From Heterodontus francisci (Eukaryota), in NCBI RefSeq assembly GCF_036365525.1, contig NC_090374.1, forward strand, positions 173,910,924 through 173,974,923: a stretch of 64,000 bases of DNA, given 5' to 3'. The position numbers were made by a program, and so were the translations under genes. Under the pieces are notes generated by a model that had not been told where the DNA came from, did not search any database, and was given only the letters and a program-made list of their open reading frames with translations. This document shows, piece after piece, positions 38,165 to 52,533 of the stretch; within the stretch, counting starts at the first letter, position 1, and each line of letters begins with the position of its first letter.

Positions 38165-40210
38165 TTATAGAGTCATAGAGTTATACATCAACGAAACAGG
38201 CCCTTTGGCCCATCATGTCCGTGACGGCCATCAAGCATCTATCTATTCTAATCCCATTTTCCAGCACTTGGCCCGTAGCCTTGTATGCTATGCCGTTTCA
38301 AGTGCTCATCTAAATATTTCTTAAATATTGTGAGGGTTCCTGCTGCTACCACCACTTCTGGCAGTGCGCTCCAGGTTCACCTCTGGGTGGAGAAGTTTTT
38401 CCTCAAATCACCTCTAAACCTCCGGCCCCTTACCTTAAATCTATGCTCCCTGGTTATTGACCCCTCTGCTAAGGGAAAAAGTTTCTTCCATCTACCCTAT
38501 CTATGCCCCTCATAATTTTGTATACCTCAATCAGGTGCCCCCTCAGCCTTCTCTGCTCTAAGGAAAACGACCCTAGCCTATCCAGTCTCTCTTCATAGCT
38601 GAAATGCTCCAGCCCAGGCAACATCCTGGAGAATCCCCTCTGCACCCTTTCCAGTGCAATCACATCCTTCCTAGAGTGTGGTGACCAAAACTGTACACAG
38701 TACTTCAGCTGTGGCCTAACTAGCGTTTTATACAGCTTCATCATAACCTCCCTGCTCTGATGTTCTATGCCTCGGCTAATAAAGGCGAGTATCCCATATG
38801 CTTTCCTAACTAACTTATCTACCTGTGCTGCTGCCTTCAGTGATCTATGGACAAGTACACCAATGTCCCTCAGACCCTCTGTACTTCCTAGGGTCCTACC
38901 ATCCATTGTATATTCCCTTGCCTTGTTAGTCCTCCCAAAATGCATCACCTCACACTTCATAAGAACATAAGAACTAGGAGCAGGAGTAGGCAATTCAGCC
39001 CCTCGAGCCTGCCCCGTCGTCCAATACGATCATGGCTGATCTCATCTCAGCCTCAACTCCACTTTCCTGCCCGTTCTCCATAACCCTTCGACCCTTTATT
39101 AATTAAAAATCTGTCTATCTCCTCTTCAAATTTACTCAATGTCCTGGCATCCACTGCACTCTGGGGTAGTGAATTCCACAGATTCACGCCCCTTTGAGAG
39201 AAGTAATTTCTCCTCATCTCGGTTTTAAATCTGCTACCCCTTTTATCCTAAAACTATAACCTCTCATTCGAGATTGCCCCACAAGAGGAAACATCCTCTC
39301 TATATCTACTTTGTCAATCCCCTTAATCATCTTATATACCTCAATTAGATCTCCTCTCATTCTTCTAAACTCTAGAGAGTAAAGGCCTAAACTGCTCAAT
39401 CTCTCTTCATAAGACAAACCCCTCATCTCTGGAATCAATCTAGTGAACCTCCTCTGAACTGCCTCCAATGCAACTACATCCTTTCTCAAGTAAGGGGACC
39501 AAAACTGTACGCAGTACTCCAGGTGCAGTCTCACTAATGCCTTGTACAGTTGCAGCAACACTTCCCTACTTTTATACTCTATTCCTTTAGCAATAAATGC
39601 CAAAATTCAATTTGCCTTCCTTATTACCTGCTGTACCTGCATACTAGCTGTCTGCGATTCATGCACAAGGACACCCAGATCCCTCTGCACTGAAGCACTC
39701 TGAAGTTTCTCTCTATTTAGATAATAATTTGCCGTTCTACTCTTCCGACCAAAATGGATAACCTCACACTTATCCACATCAAACTCCATCTGCCAAATTT
39801 TGGCCCATTCACCTAACCTATCTCATATCCATTTGTAAGGACTTCTCAGGATTAAATTTCATTTGCCACTGCTCCGCCCATCTTACCAGCCAATCTATAT
39901 CGTCCTGTAATCTAAGGCTTTCCTCCTCACCATTTACGACACCACCAATTTTCATGTCATCTGTGAACTTACTGATCATACCTCCTATATTCATGTCTAA
40001 ATCATTAATGTACACTACAAACAGCAAGGGTCCCAGCACCAATCCCTGCGGTACACCACTGGTCACAGGCTTCCAATTGCAAAAACAACCCTCGACCATC
40101 ACCCTCTGCCTCCTGCCACTAAGTCAATTTTGGATCCAATTTGCCAAATTGCCCTGGATCCCATGGGCTCTTACCTTCTTAACCAATCTCCCATGCGGGA
40201 CCTTATCAAA
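38165..40210 (-). mobile_element. Nested CR1 LINEs: a second CR1 (38959-39840) inserted in a host CR1
   Basis: GVPQGLVLGP, KFTDD and [15 protein letters not shown]; the host resumes after a 5-bp ACTTC duplication. Confidence 0.9.
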
Positions 40211-40436
40211 AATTAAGGAAAAACTTCTTTACCCAGAGAGTATAAATGCATCTAAAGGGAAGTTAGATGAGCACTTGAGGGAGAAAGGAATAGAGGGATA
40301 TGCTGATAGGGTGACCGATAAGAGGGGTGAAAGGAGGCTCATGTGCAGCATAAACTCCAGCACAGACCCGTTGCCAAATAGCCTGTTTCTGTGCTGCAAA
40401 TACTTTATGCCTTGGTACAAGGATTAACGAGCGTAC

Positions 40437-40650
40437 CTTAAGATTGTACTTTGCCACATGCTGCAGGATCCAGATGCGATGGGACCAGGCATTGTAATTG
40501 CTTGGATACCTTCCAGCAGCTGCAGAGCAGACGGCCATTTCATCCTGGATTATTCGATGCATTTGCTCAGTTGATACCATTCCTGAGTTACCGCTATTCC
40601 TCGGATTTGGATGGCAGATTTCCTGAATGACCTTCTGAAATACCCAGCGT
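40437..40650 (-). CDS. PTAR1: PTAR1 coding exon 5 (RWVFQKVIQE...AAGRYPSNYNAWSHRIWILQHVAKYNLK)
   Basis: tttcctaaaAG acceptor, GTACGC donor, 214 nt; PFTA motif YPSNYNAWSHR. Confidence 0.95.
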
Positions 40651-40799
40651 CTTTTAGGAAATCAAATGGCACACACATGTCCATTAGGGATCAGACAGAC
40701 ACAGTGCTAACTTATTCTCAAAAAAAGATAATGAACGCCACATGCACCAGAAGGATGGCTACTCCCCTGTTAAAAATTAGGTGATTCATTCTTCTGACC

Positions 40800-41530
40800 A
40801 AAATGTAAGAGTACAAGCTGAATAGTACAATTTTACAGGTGGTGCAAGGAAAGAGACCTGGGGCTGTTTGTGCACAAATCGTTGAAAGTGGCAGGACAGG
40901 TTAACAAACCATTTAATACGGCATACAGGATCCTGGGCTTTCTGAGTAGAGTCGAAGTGTACAAAAAACAGGAAGTTAAAGCTTTATAAAAACACTGTTC
41001 AGTCCCAACGCGAGTAGTGTGTCTAATTCTGGGCACCATACTTTAGAAAGAATTGAAGAGAGCGTGGAAGTGATTTAAGAAAATGGTTCCAGGGATGTGG
41101 GGTTACAGTTGCCTGGATAGGCTGGAGAAGCCTGGATTATTCCGATTAGTGCAGACAAGGCCAAGAGGAGATTTGATAGAGGTGTTTAAAATCATGAAGG
41201 GTCTAGATAGAGTAAATAAAGAGAAACTGTTTCCAATGACTGATGGGTTGATAACCAGAGGGCACAGATTTAAGGTAATTGGTGAAAGGGCCAGAGGCGA
41301 CATGAGGAAAACCTAATTTTGGGAATGCAGCAAGTGGCTAGCGTGGTGGATACAGATTCAATATTAGCCTTCAAAAGCGAATTGGACAAATACTTGAAAG
41401 AGAAAAACTGCATGGATATGGGGGAAGTGCAGGGGAGTGGGACTAACTGGATTGCTCTTCAAAAGAGCTGGTGCAGACTCGATGGGCCGAATGGTCTCCT
41501 TCTATGTTGTACCATCCCATGATTCTATAT
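40800..41530 (+). mobile_element. CR1 LINE 3' fragment
   Basis: RGDLIEVFKIMKG and TRGHRFK motifs plus tail. Confidence 0.85.
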
Positions 41531-42099
41531 ACTCAATTTTGGTGCTGTAATTACGCTAATTTTAAAAATGCCAGTGCTAAACATTTAAAAAAAATAACTA
41601 ACTTAAAAATCTTGCATCTGCATCTTCCAGACATTTTCCATTATAACTTCCCATGTCCACATTTAGAATGGACACTACCATGTAAACTTACCACACTATA
41701 GTTACAGTCGACCCAAACTACCCCTGCTCCTGCAGAGAGAGGATGCAACTACAATTGAGAAGTTTACATAAGCAGTTTCTATTGTAAATGAGGACATGGG
41801 AATTCATAATGAAAGCATAAAAATGACAATGTCTGATAATAAAAATCAGGGACTGAATTATATCTGCACACTGGTTCAAAACAGCTCTCAGCCTTTAATT
41901 TCGCTTTATCTGAAGATAACACTCGGGTTAAGCAACACCCTGGGAGACTGCTGAATTATAGAGAAGGCAGACCCTTCAAAATGTGGACAACAACTTACGT
42001 ACATGCCAAAAGAACAGTGCTGTAGGACTGCACAAGTCAGGCAACATCTTTATTTACTAAATAATAAACAATTAGACAAACAACCAAAAAAAGTTACAT

Positions 42100-42455
42100 T
42101 TATTTAGAGATACAGCACCGAGTCTGTGCCGACCAACAACCACCCATTTATACTTTCTTTCTTTCTTTGGCCTCCTTATCTCGAGAGACAATGGGTAAGC
42201 GCCTGGAGGTAGTCAGTGGACCCTACAGTAATCCCATATGCCCTACCACCTACCTACACTAGGGGCAATTTATAACAGCCAATTTACCTATCACCTGCAA
42301 GTCTTTGGCGGTGGGAGGAAACCGGAGCACCCGGAGAAAACCCACGCAGACACAGGGAGAATTTACAAACTCCACACAGACAGTACCCAGAATTGAACCC
42401 GGGTCCCTGGAGCAGTGAGGCTGCGGTGCTAACCACTGCGCCACTGTGCCGCCCA
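42100..42455 (-). mobile_element. V-SINE (HE1-like) carrying a 66-bp insertion
   Basis: Aligns with the 57246 copy. Confidence 0.88.
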
Positions 42456-42574
42456 ATTCTTCACAAAAAACTAATTGACGTAAGGTGGTGGTTTATGATC
42501 CAATGGATTGTAAAGAACTATCTTGCCTATTACACATCTTTCAAAATAGACATTAACTTGGGTCATCCATTTTT

Positions 42575-43390
42575 ACAGGTTCAATGCAGAGAAGTGTGAA
42601 GTAATTAATTTTGGTAGGAAGAACATGGAGAGACAATATAAAATAAAGGGTACAATTCTAAAGGGGGGTGCAGGAGCAGAGGGATCTGGGTGTATATGTG
42701 CATAAGTCACTGAAGGTGGCAGGACAGGTTGAGAGCGTGGTTAACAAAGCATATAGTATGCTGAGCTTTATTAACAGGGGCATAGAGTACAAGAGTAAGG
42801 AAGTTATGTTGAACTTGTATAAGACACTAGTTTGGCCTCAGCTGGAGTACTGCATCTAGTTCTGGGCACTGCACTTCAGTAAAGATGTCAGGATATTGGA
42901 AAGAGTGCAGAAAAGATTCACGAGAATGGTTCCGGGGATGAGGAATTTCAGTTATGAAGACAGACTGGAGAAGTTAGGACTGTTTTCCTCGAAGAGAAGA
43001 CAGAGAGGAGATTTGATGGAGATATTCAAAATCATGAGGGGTCTGGACAGAGTAGATAGAGAGAAACTGTTCCCACTCATGAAAGGATCGAGAAATAGAG
43101 GGCGCAGATTTAAAGTAATTTGGTCAAAGAAACAAAAGTGACATGAGGAAAAACTTTTTCACACAGCGAATGGTTAAGGTCTGGAATGCACTGCCTGAGA
43201 GTGTGGTGGAGGCAGGTTCAATTGAAGTATTCAAAAGGGAATTAGGTTGTTATCTGAAAAGGAAGAATGTGCAGGGTTACAGGAGAAGGCAGGGGAATGG
43301 AAATGAGTGAACTGCTCATTCAGCGAGCCGGTGCGAACACGATGGGCTGAATGGCCTCCTTCCACGCTGTAACGAGTCTGTGATTCTGTA
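42575..43390 (+). mobile_element. CR1 LINE 3' fragment
   Basis: RDLGVYVH, LYKTLVWPQLEYC, RGDLMEIFKIM. Confidence 0.88.
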
Positions 43391-45178
43391 GTAGAGACAA
43401 CTAGCTCAGTGTCGCAAGCAACAGGATCTTAACTGTCAAGCCCCAGCCATAGATAGCCACAAGTTATAAAGGAAAAAGGTTAGTCAGTTTGTAAATTCAG
43501 TTAAGCCTTTGATACAAAGGGGAATGAGCTAATATTTGGTCCCTCCCCCAAATAACAAACATTAGTAAAGTGCCAAAACATTTATCTAGGGGAGAGTTCT
43601 AGCCAGAGTCTTCATTTAAAACTGATTTAAATGAGGAGTTTTAGTTATCAGGAATTAGAAGGGCCAGAATGGTGATATGGATTAGAGTCAGAGTCAATCA
43701 CCTTGAGACAAAGAGAGGAATCTACCAGATTTCTCATCTCCCACCTCTTCCCCAATTTGGCCCAGGGTTTCCAATCTCCCTGTTCAGAGGATCAAATGGT
43801 TTTGGGGGTGGGGAGTTTATACATCGTGATACACAAGGTATCACAGTTGTGTGGAACAGGCTGGACGGACCAGTCCGTCATTGCTCATATCCATTGGATT
43901 ATTCCCATTTACCCCACAGTGGGTAAACATTTACAAACAGGATTCTCTGAACACTTCAACTAACTCATAATATTATTGGGGGGCAAAAAAGGGTCCGTTT
44001 GAAGTCAAGGATGACAAAGGAAATTAGAGGAGCCTAGCACCTGTGCAGGAGTTGATCTTTAGGAGATGATCTTTAGAAGGCTATGATGCTGTGTCAATCC
44101 CAGTTATATGGAGTTAGGTCAGAGATCAACCATGATCTCACTGAATGGCAGTACCGACTCAAGGGGCTGAATGCCTTCCTCTTGTGCTTAACTGAAGCAA
44201 ATAAATATCCATAACTTAAAGAATGAGGTGGTTTTTTCAGGTTGTATGTGAAAGAATATTACTTGAATGCATGGTTACAGACTTAACTTAATCAGTTATG
44301 TTAGTCAGGGGAAAGAAAGGAATTAGTTAACATTTTCTTCCTGCCCATATTGGTTAAAATCTTTAGTGAAGAACAAACAAAATCTAAAATGAGTCAAGAG
44401 AGTTTTTTCTCCCTAAAGTAAAAAGGATTAATGTGCAATAGAACGTGACTGCAAAACATTCCAGCAATGACCCGTCATCCACACAGAAGAGGGTCACAAT
44501 GACACTGAGCCTTGCAGCTTAAAGTCTGATTGTGCCAGAGTGGGGAAATATTGCCCATTCAATTCACACTCGGCTCAGTTCCCAATTTAAACTGTGCAAG
44601 CGCTGGATTGTAGAATCCCTCTGCAGAGGGCAGGGGGGAAAAAAACCAGAAAAATCTACAGAGGAGTCACATGTGGGCAGTAGCCAATTCCACCTAGTAG
44701 AAACACTTCTCCACACAAAGGGTGCTAGAAGTGTGAAACACTCTCCCACAAAAAGTAGATGCTAGGACAAATAATTTTAAAATCAGAGATTGATAGATTT
44801 TTGCTAGCCAAGGGTATTAAGTGATATGTAGCCAATGCGGTAAGTGAATTTAGGATACACATCAGCCATGATCCAACTGACTGGCGGATTATGCTTGAGG
44901 GGCTGACGGGCCTCCTCCTGTTCCTATAATTACAATAGATAGTTGCAGCAATCTAATAGGAGATGGCACACTTGGTAGCAGAGATATGAAATCAGGTAGT
45001 TCTGGATGAGGCTTACAAGAACATGTGGTACCTGAGAAAGTTCCATTAGCAATCGCTAAAATAGTCGCAGTGATGCATCAAAACAGTCACGAATTAAGAC
45101 AAAGTTAATTTAATTTGACCTGTAACAAATTAAGCATCGTTTCACAAAAGCATTGCACAAGGAGTAAAATTTACAAAC

Positions 45179-45283
45179 CTGTGAATCCAAGTTTCTGGGC
45201 TTTTAGGAAACTTTGTTAAGGCCAATTTTCCGAGATACAAATCCTTAAATGGATCTAAAGCTCCCAACTGTACCAGTTCCTTT
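45179..45283 (-). CDS. PTAR1: PTAR1 coding exon 4 (KELVQLGALDPFKDLYLGKLALTKFPKSPETWIHR)
   Basis: ttttccAG acceptor, GTTTGT donor, 105 nt; PFTA motif FPKSPETWIHR. Confidence 0.96.
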
Positions 45284-48012
45284 CTGGAAAATATTTCAGT
45301 ATCATTCTCTCATGTTATCAAGTGAAAACGATTCCAGTTATTAACCAGGCAAAGCAAAAAAAATGGTACACAATCGTCGAGTCTATTTTAGATGAATTAA
45401 GCACTCAAATACCAATTTCAGCATCAGCAAAACCATTTTAATTAACAATATTAACCATGTGCATCAGTATCTTAATTGTTTTTCGAAGACAAAAGTTAAT
45501 CGGTCTTTTTAGCCTTAAATGCTTGCAATAGTAACCCAGAGGCCTGGATTAATAATTCAGAGAACAAGAGTTCAAATCCCACCAATGCAGCTTCAACATT
45601 TGTGTTTTTTTTTAAAAAACTAATTCAATCTGGCAACTAAAAGCTGGGATCAGTAAGTGACCATGATGCAATTGGACTGTCACAAAAAGCCAACTGATTC
45701 ACTAAATGTCTTTTAGGGAAGGAAAACTCCCGTCTTACTGTGTCTGGGCCTATGAGTGACTCCAGTGCAACACCAATGTGGTTGACTCTTAATTGCACTC
45801 TGAAGTGGGCCTAGTGAGAAGTAAGGCATGGGCCTTGCACATACTCCCAGAATTAATTCAAAAATAATGCAGGAAATAGGCACCCTTTTCTATAAACACA
45901 CACACAATCATAGCAATCTGGTCAGATTCGGAGTTAGGCCAGAGTGTCTATAGTCCAAGTGCACAACTCCCATTCTTATGCAGAGTTTATGATATTGAAC
46001 TATGGTTAGGTTATACAGGCTCCAAACCACCCGTAGTATCACCTTATGCACTCAAGGCAACAGTGACACTTTATTGAGTTACACGGATCCTAGAATGTGG
46101 CTCTCTTATTTCCTGTCAAACCCTTGCATCCATGTGCATGCAGTGACCGTTTAAGCAGGAGCCAGTGACTGATAAGTGCCAACTTCACTACCCAAAATCT
46201 ATTGATTGGAGTCGGACGTTCTAGGATATAGCTGGTTAATCAGAGAAGGTGGTCTCAATGCTTGCCACGACTGTCTGTCTTTTAGGTTTGTTCCAGCCAT
46301 TAAACTGAAACTGACCCAAGAATGACCTGCAGTATCAATAACTCGTGGGAGCTAGAGCTCAGAGCAGCTGAATCAGAGCAGGTTCCAAGTCACAGAATCT
46401 TACAGCACAAAAGGAGACCATTCAGCCCATCGTGCCTGTGCCAGCTCTTTGAAAGAGCTATACAATTATAGTACCAAGTGTTCTGAAGTACAAAGATTTC
46501 GCACTGAAGTTTGCTCATTCTGCCATCAATTGTGTTACTTACTGCCTTGCAACTCCTGGTCAGCTGCTCATTATCCTGTATTAGCCCTTTACCTACACTA
46601 AAAAAAAAACTTACAAAAAAATCGGAGTCAACTGCAATGAAAAGTCCTGAAATTGAGCAAAAAGGGTTAAAAGTTACTCTAAAGTAAACAGACTGATACA
46701 CATGAAACTCCCTCATGTTCGATGCCCTGTTTGTGTTTGTTTAGTTGTTCGTAACCAGAGAGACACTACCGCAGGTTTTAAGAAAGGGAAAATGTTGTTC
46801 ACAGATTTTTTTTTTTTAAAGCAGCAATCGTTAGGCTATCCAACTCCTGAATTCTTGCCAGCAATCCAGGCTGGGAGCACATGAGGATTAGGAGTTTGGA
46901 CAGGAGCAGTTTTTATGAGAATTCCTCCTGGATTAAACAGCCACCAGACAATTACTGTCTAATCTCAGGGAAGGTGGGGCGGGAAAAAGGTAAACTGACG
47001 ATAAACAGAAAGGAGATTTTTTTAAAAATATAAGCAGTCTTCTGAAACTGGCATGGTTACACAATATCTGGTATTTGTGTCTGTACTTTCTCATTTACAA
47101 GCCACACATGTATGCCTATAATTTAAATACTTCATAACATTTAAAAAAGCAAGCAATTTAATGAACAATGTTTGGAAGGAAAACGACAAGAGGAAGCCAC
47201 ACAGATAAAAGCACATTGAAGCTACTGAGTACACTCAAGATACACCAACAATCCACAATTTCCTGGAAGATCAAATCCAAACACTTCCAAGTTTCCAAAT
47301 TCCTCCATGGACTTGCCCTCCCTATCTCTAATTTCCTCCAGCCCTCTAATATCACTGCGCTCCTCCAATTCAGCCCTCTTGTACCTCCCTAATTTTCATC
47401 ACTCCACCATTGGCGGCCGTGCCTTCAGCTGCCCGGGCCCTAAGCTCTGGAATTTCCTCCCTATCCCTCTCCTCCTTACGACCTGTCTTTTTGATGGAGC
47501 TTTTGGTCACCTGTCCTAATATTTTATGTGGCTTGGTGTCAGATTTGTTTGATAAATTGCTCCTGTGAAGTGCCTTGGGACGTTTTACCATATTGAACAT
47601 GCTATATAAATGCAAGTCGGTGTTGTAGCAATCAGCGACCAGCCGCTTGCAGAGAAAAGCACGTGTGTGCCACAAAGTCACCCAATCATCCAAACATGTC
47701 TACTGTTCCCCCATTCTACTCTTTTTTTCCCCCCCAAACACTCCCCAATACCTCGTACCATCACCACTGCCTTCCGTTTAACCCATTTCAGTTGAAGTTG
47801 ACTAGATAATTGAAGGGCTTTGGGACGTTCGGAAAGATGCTATATAAATGCAAATTATTTATTTCCTTTGATTTCAAAAAGCAACTCCGGCTATGAGCAA
47901 ACAACGCAACAGCTTTAGAAAGACACATTAAATTAGTCAGAAAGCCCATGGTCGAGTCAGGTTTCGGCCCTGAGCCAGTCACGGATATTGACATTTGCTG
48001 ACTGTGACATAC

Positions 48013-48079
48013 CTGACATTCCAGGCGGTTGTGAAGTCTGGATTTAGCAGCAGGAGAGTACAAGTGAGATCAGTCAGCG
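48013..48079 (-). CDS. PTAR1: PTAR1 coding exon 3 (ALTDLTCTLLLLNPDFTTAWNVR)
   Basis: ctcttcAG acceptor, GTATGT donor, 67 nt; PFTA repeat motif NPDFTTAWNVR; phases fit the neighbouring exons. Confidence 0.96.
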
Positions 48080-48519
48080 CTGAAGAGGAGGGAGAGATGG
48101 GGGACAAAAATGTATTAAGTCATCTAATTTAAGAGGCATTTACATAATATTTTAACAAAAAAAACCCAATGTTGTCACAAATTAAACATGTTTTCATTAA
48201 ATCCATTGGAATTGCATACACTAGCAAATAATCAAGCTGCAAATACTCATGTTGAAAGTCAAACTAATTTTCCACAAGAATATAGGGACTATTAAATGTT
48301 ATATTTGAGAAAATAAGTCATGGGTATAAAAACAGAATTTAGAACTGCTTACAACACACAAGAATACGTTTACATTGATATGCAGATTAGCAATTGAAAT
48401 GATGAGGATGTATATAGTGCAAGATGATTCTCTAACGAAATATAGGATTACACATCCAGTCGCAGCACAGCAGCAATTAACACATCAGACTGAATTCTAA
48501 CAATAACTAAAATGGCAGA

Positions 48520-49028
48520 CTCGACTATTTCAATGTTTTCCTGGCTGGCCTCCCATTCTTCCAAAACTCTGCTGCCTGTATCCTAACTTGCACCGAATCC
48601 ATCACCGTTCATCACCGCCTGCACTGGCTCCCGGTTCAGCAATGCCTTGATTTTAAAATTCTCATCTTTGTATTCAAATCTCTCCATGGCCCCATCTCCC
48701 TATCTCTGTCACCTCCTCCAGCCCTGTAACCCTCTAGCATCTCTGCACTCCTCCGATTCTGGCCTCTTGCGCATCCCCGATTTTTAATCGCTCCTCCACT
48801 GGCGGCCATGCCTTCAACTGCCCAGGCCCTAAGCTCTGGAATTCCCTCCCTAAACCTCTCTCCTTATAAGACGCTCCTTAAATCCTAGATCTTTGACCAA
48901 AGCTTTTGATACATGTCCCAAGATCTCCTTCGGTTGCAGGGTGTTAAATTTTGTCTGATAATTGCTCCTGTTAAGCACCTTGGAACATTTTAGTATATTT
49001 AAGATACTATATAAATACAAGTTGTCAT
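48520..49028 (+). mobile_element. L2 3' fragment (similar copies at 2430-2725, 19380-19600, 47300-47625, 51900-52270, 54905-55145)
   Basis: Shared ccctaagctctggaattccctccc...ctatataaatgcaagttg tail. Confidence 0.75.
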
Positions 49029-50114
49029 TTTAGTCCAAGTCAGAGGAAGTCTTGCTTAAATTAAATTGCAGTGATCAAAAAAAGAAAATGCAGATGCTGG
49101 AAATCAACAAAACCTGAAAAGATTCAGCATTTGACTGAAACTGTTTTGGTGCCCTGGTCAGACCAGAACTATTCTCAGGCTTGAATGTCTCCCTTAGTAA
49201 GCCAAAAGAGTTCAGAAAAGAGTTACAAAACTGGTGCCTAGGAAATATTGAAGACACTTGTACTTTTGTGCCTTATAAAGAAGTGACCTCGAGAGAATAA
49301 AAATGATGCTGAGAAAGCTGTATCTGGAACGTTACTAATTAAACTGGGTGTCATTAGGACAGTGGATACATGTTAAAACGAGTGAAATTAAATATAGTAC
49401 TGATGTCAGGAAGGGCTTCAGATTAATCAATGGAATGGTCTTCCATGTAGGGTTGTGGAGGCAAAAGGGCCTGAAATTGTTTAAGAAATAATTGGATGCC
49501 GTTAAGGGCAGGACAAAACTTAAACTGTCAACGCAGGAGCTAATTTCTTTCAAATTTTATGGTTTTGTAAAAATGAACTTGGCTTTTGTCAGTTTCAAAA
49601 CTATCACTGTGAATCTGGACAAAACCACTGCAAAATGTATTGGATTAATGATGGTGTTGGAGTGAAGACTTAAATTCTAATTAACGGATCGTTGATCTGA
49701 AACGTCAACTCTGTTTCTCTCTCCACAGAGGCTGCCAGACATGCTGAGTATTTCCAGCATTTTCTGTTTTATTTCAAACATTGAGCAGTATTTTGCCTTT
49801 GTGTTAATTCTAATACTGTACAAAATAAGCAGAAAATCTGAATACAAATATTATAGAAACTAATCTACACGTGTGTCAGGTACCCCAGGTTTTATGCTTT
49901 ATAAATATTATATTACAGTGCAAATGCCTAGCTGGCAGAGATCCCATGTTACTGTCTTGGGTCATTAAGTGCTACTGCTGAGTGCTTCAAGCTTAACTGG
50001 CTTCCTTAGGCACAAGGCAGCAGGAGGGAGGTTAACAAGACCAAGACTCAAGGCCGGGGGGCACAGCTCCGGTGCTGGAGGAAGGGATTTTGGCCGGACG
50101 GTCTCGGGAGACAG

Positions 50115-50545
50115 TAACGATTTGCATTTATATAGTGCCTTTCATGACTTTAGCAGGCTCCAAAGAGCAGAAGTACTTTAAAGTGCTGTCACTGTTGTAA
50201 CCTAGAAAACGTGGGAGCCAATTTGCTGACAGCAAGACTCCACAAACAGCAATGAGATAACGACCAGATAATTTTCTTTTTTCAAAAGCACCATGTTGGT
50301 CGAGGGACAAAGGTTGACCCAGGACATGAGGCAGCCCTCTCCTGCTCTTCTGAAAATAGTGCAATGGGATCTTTTACATCCATCTGAGAGCGCAGACTGA
50401 AAGACAGCACCTCCAACAGCGTGGCACTCCCTCAGCACAGTGGGCATGTCAGCTTGGATTTTATGCTCAAGACTCTGAAGTGGGGCTTGAACCCATAACC
50501 TTCTGACTCAGAGGAGAGAGTGCTACCCACTGAGCCACAGCTGGC
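50115..50545 (-). mobile_element. Deu-domain SINE, near full length
   Basis: tRNA-like head (TGGCTCAGTGG...GGGTTCAAGCC), core and tail. Confidence 0.8.
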
Positions 50546-52363
50546 AACATACAGCAGAAAGAGCAGATGGAAAGAGAGACAGGGGCAAAAACAGGTACAG
50601 TACCTGGCAGGCAGAGAAGCAAAAACAGAGCGACAGAGGAACCTTGACCTCACTGTGAAGCTCCACCACCTACAGTCTTGCTAAGTACTGAATGGTCAAT
50701 TCACCAGGGAATGAAGCACTCATCAGAACTACAAGTTCTGGGGTTGAGCAAGAACAAAATTCACTTATTTTAAGTGGTTTCCCCAATGATGTCAAATAAA
50801 ATCACAGACACTGGAGAACCAAAATGAAAACAGGACTGCCTGTGGATAAAGATTTCATGAACTTTTTTTTTTACAAACTCCATTATCAAAAAAAGAGGGG
50901 GGTCATCCAATTTAATACAAGGCAATCATTCTGGAAAGCTTTCTGTAAAATTGCTACTCATTAAACTACAGACCAAAAGAAAAATCACGTTAACAATGTA
51001 CTTCTACCAGCCTAAAATATCTGCTCCTTCACAAGCGACACCACTTAATTAACCCTGCCACTTCCCAAAATCAGGAGGGGAACTTAAACTGCATGTGCCA
51101 ATTTTGTATGCATGTAGCTGTTAACTAAAGCTACATAAAAAAAAAAAGAAAGCAGTGACATAGTCACTGGTTACTAGGGACAGGGGAGACCCATAAACAC
51201 AGACAGAATTTGCAGTGGATGTACAATTTAGTCAGCAAATTTCTGCTGTTCCATTCAAGAATAAATACCGACCGCTCATGAATGTTGTCACTAGCATTAA
51301 ATAAAAATTAGCAGACAAAATTCAATGTGGATCTGGGCCCATTTTGGAAAGAAAAAAAAAAAAATCAGTTCTCTCAAAACTTCTGTCTGCAGGATTTTGA
51401 AGCTTTTTGATTAAAAAGAGCAAACTTTTCTAAGAAATATGATTGACCAATCTTCCAGAATCATTTCCGAAAATAATAGATGTAATCAAATGAAAGAGCG
51501 GACATGTTTTATATAGTTTTTCCAAAATGTATGTGGCAGATACCCACATGAGGTATTTATTGGTGAGAAATAAAATCAAGGGGAATGTGACCTTATGGGG
51601 GAGGGGGTGGAAAGAGAGTGAGAGAGAGAGGGAGAGAAAGAAAGAAAGAGAGAGAAGGAGCATGCACAAGGCTAGATGGGCTTCTTTGCAGAGAAATTTG
51701 AAATAATACAGAAAAGGACAGACACCAACCTCAGAAACAGCGTTAAGAATTATCTTTTCATGTCTATAAAGCACAATTCAGACATTTTGGCAACATTGCA
51801 AATAGGTCTAGGGGAAGGAGGTATCTCAATGTACAAGTGCTCACATCCATTTACAGCTAGTCATTTCTGAGTGGTCACAGTTACATCTCCGTATCTCCAC
51901 TAACCTGCACTCACTGACTGGCATTGGATCCTGGTTCAACACCACCTCAACTTTAAAAATTCTCATCCTCATTTTCAACCCCCTTCCTATCTTTAACCTC
52001 CTCCAGCCCTACAACCCTCCGAGATCCCTGTGCTCCTCCAATTCTGACCTCTTGCACATCCCTGATTTTCATCGCTCCACCATTGGTGGTCGTACCTCCA
52101 GCTGCCAAGGTTCTAAACTCTGGAAATCCCTCTCTAAACCTCTTTGACCAAGCTTTCGATCACCACTCCTGGTGGCTCAGTGTCTAATTTTGTTTGACAA
52201 TGCTCCAGTGAAGCACTTTGGGATGTTTTACCACATTAAAAGGTGCTATATAAGTGCAAGTTGCTGTTATCCTGCACGACTCAAAATTGGATATTGTTCC
52301 TTAAAAACAGACTTATTCCTCAAAGTCTAGTTGAAAGGCTAGTGCAAAATGTCTGCCACTTAC

Positions 52364-52533
52364 CATCCCTGTCTAGCCACAGCTTTCTTTGCCTGTAGAG
52401 AACAAGCTTGCTATGGACGCAGGGCAAAAGCAGTTTAACACACCAGCTTTCTACACCAAGCTTATTTTCCACCAAAACTATGGGACTCCGGTTGTACTTG
52501 GCTTCAAGACAAGGAATCAATCCAATTTCATCA
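52364..52533 (-). CDS. PTAR1: PTAR1 coding exon 2 (DEIGLIPCLEAKYNRSPIVLVENKLGVESWCVKLLLP...WLDRD)
   Basis: tttgcAG acceptor, GTAAGT donor, 170 nt; lies within ORF 52320..52619; near-identical to recalled vertebrate PTAR1. Confidence 0.97.
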
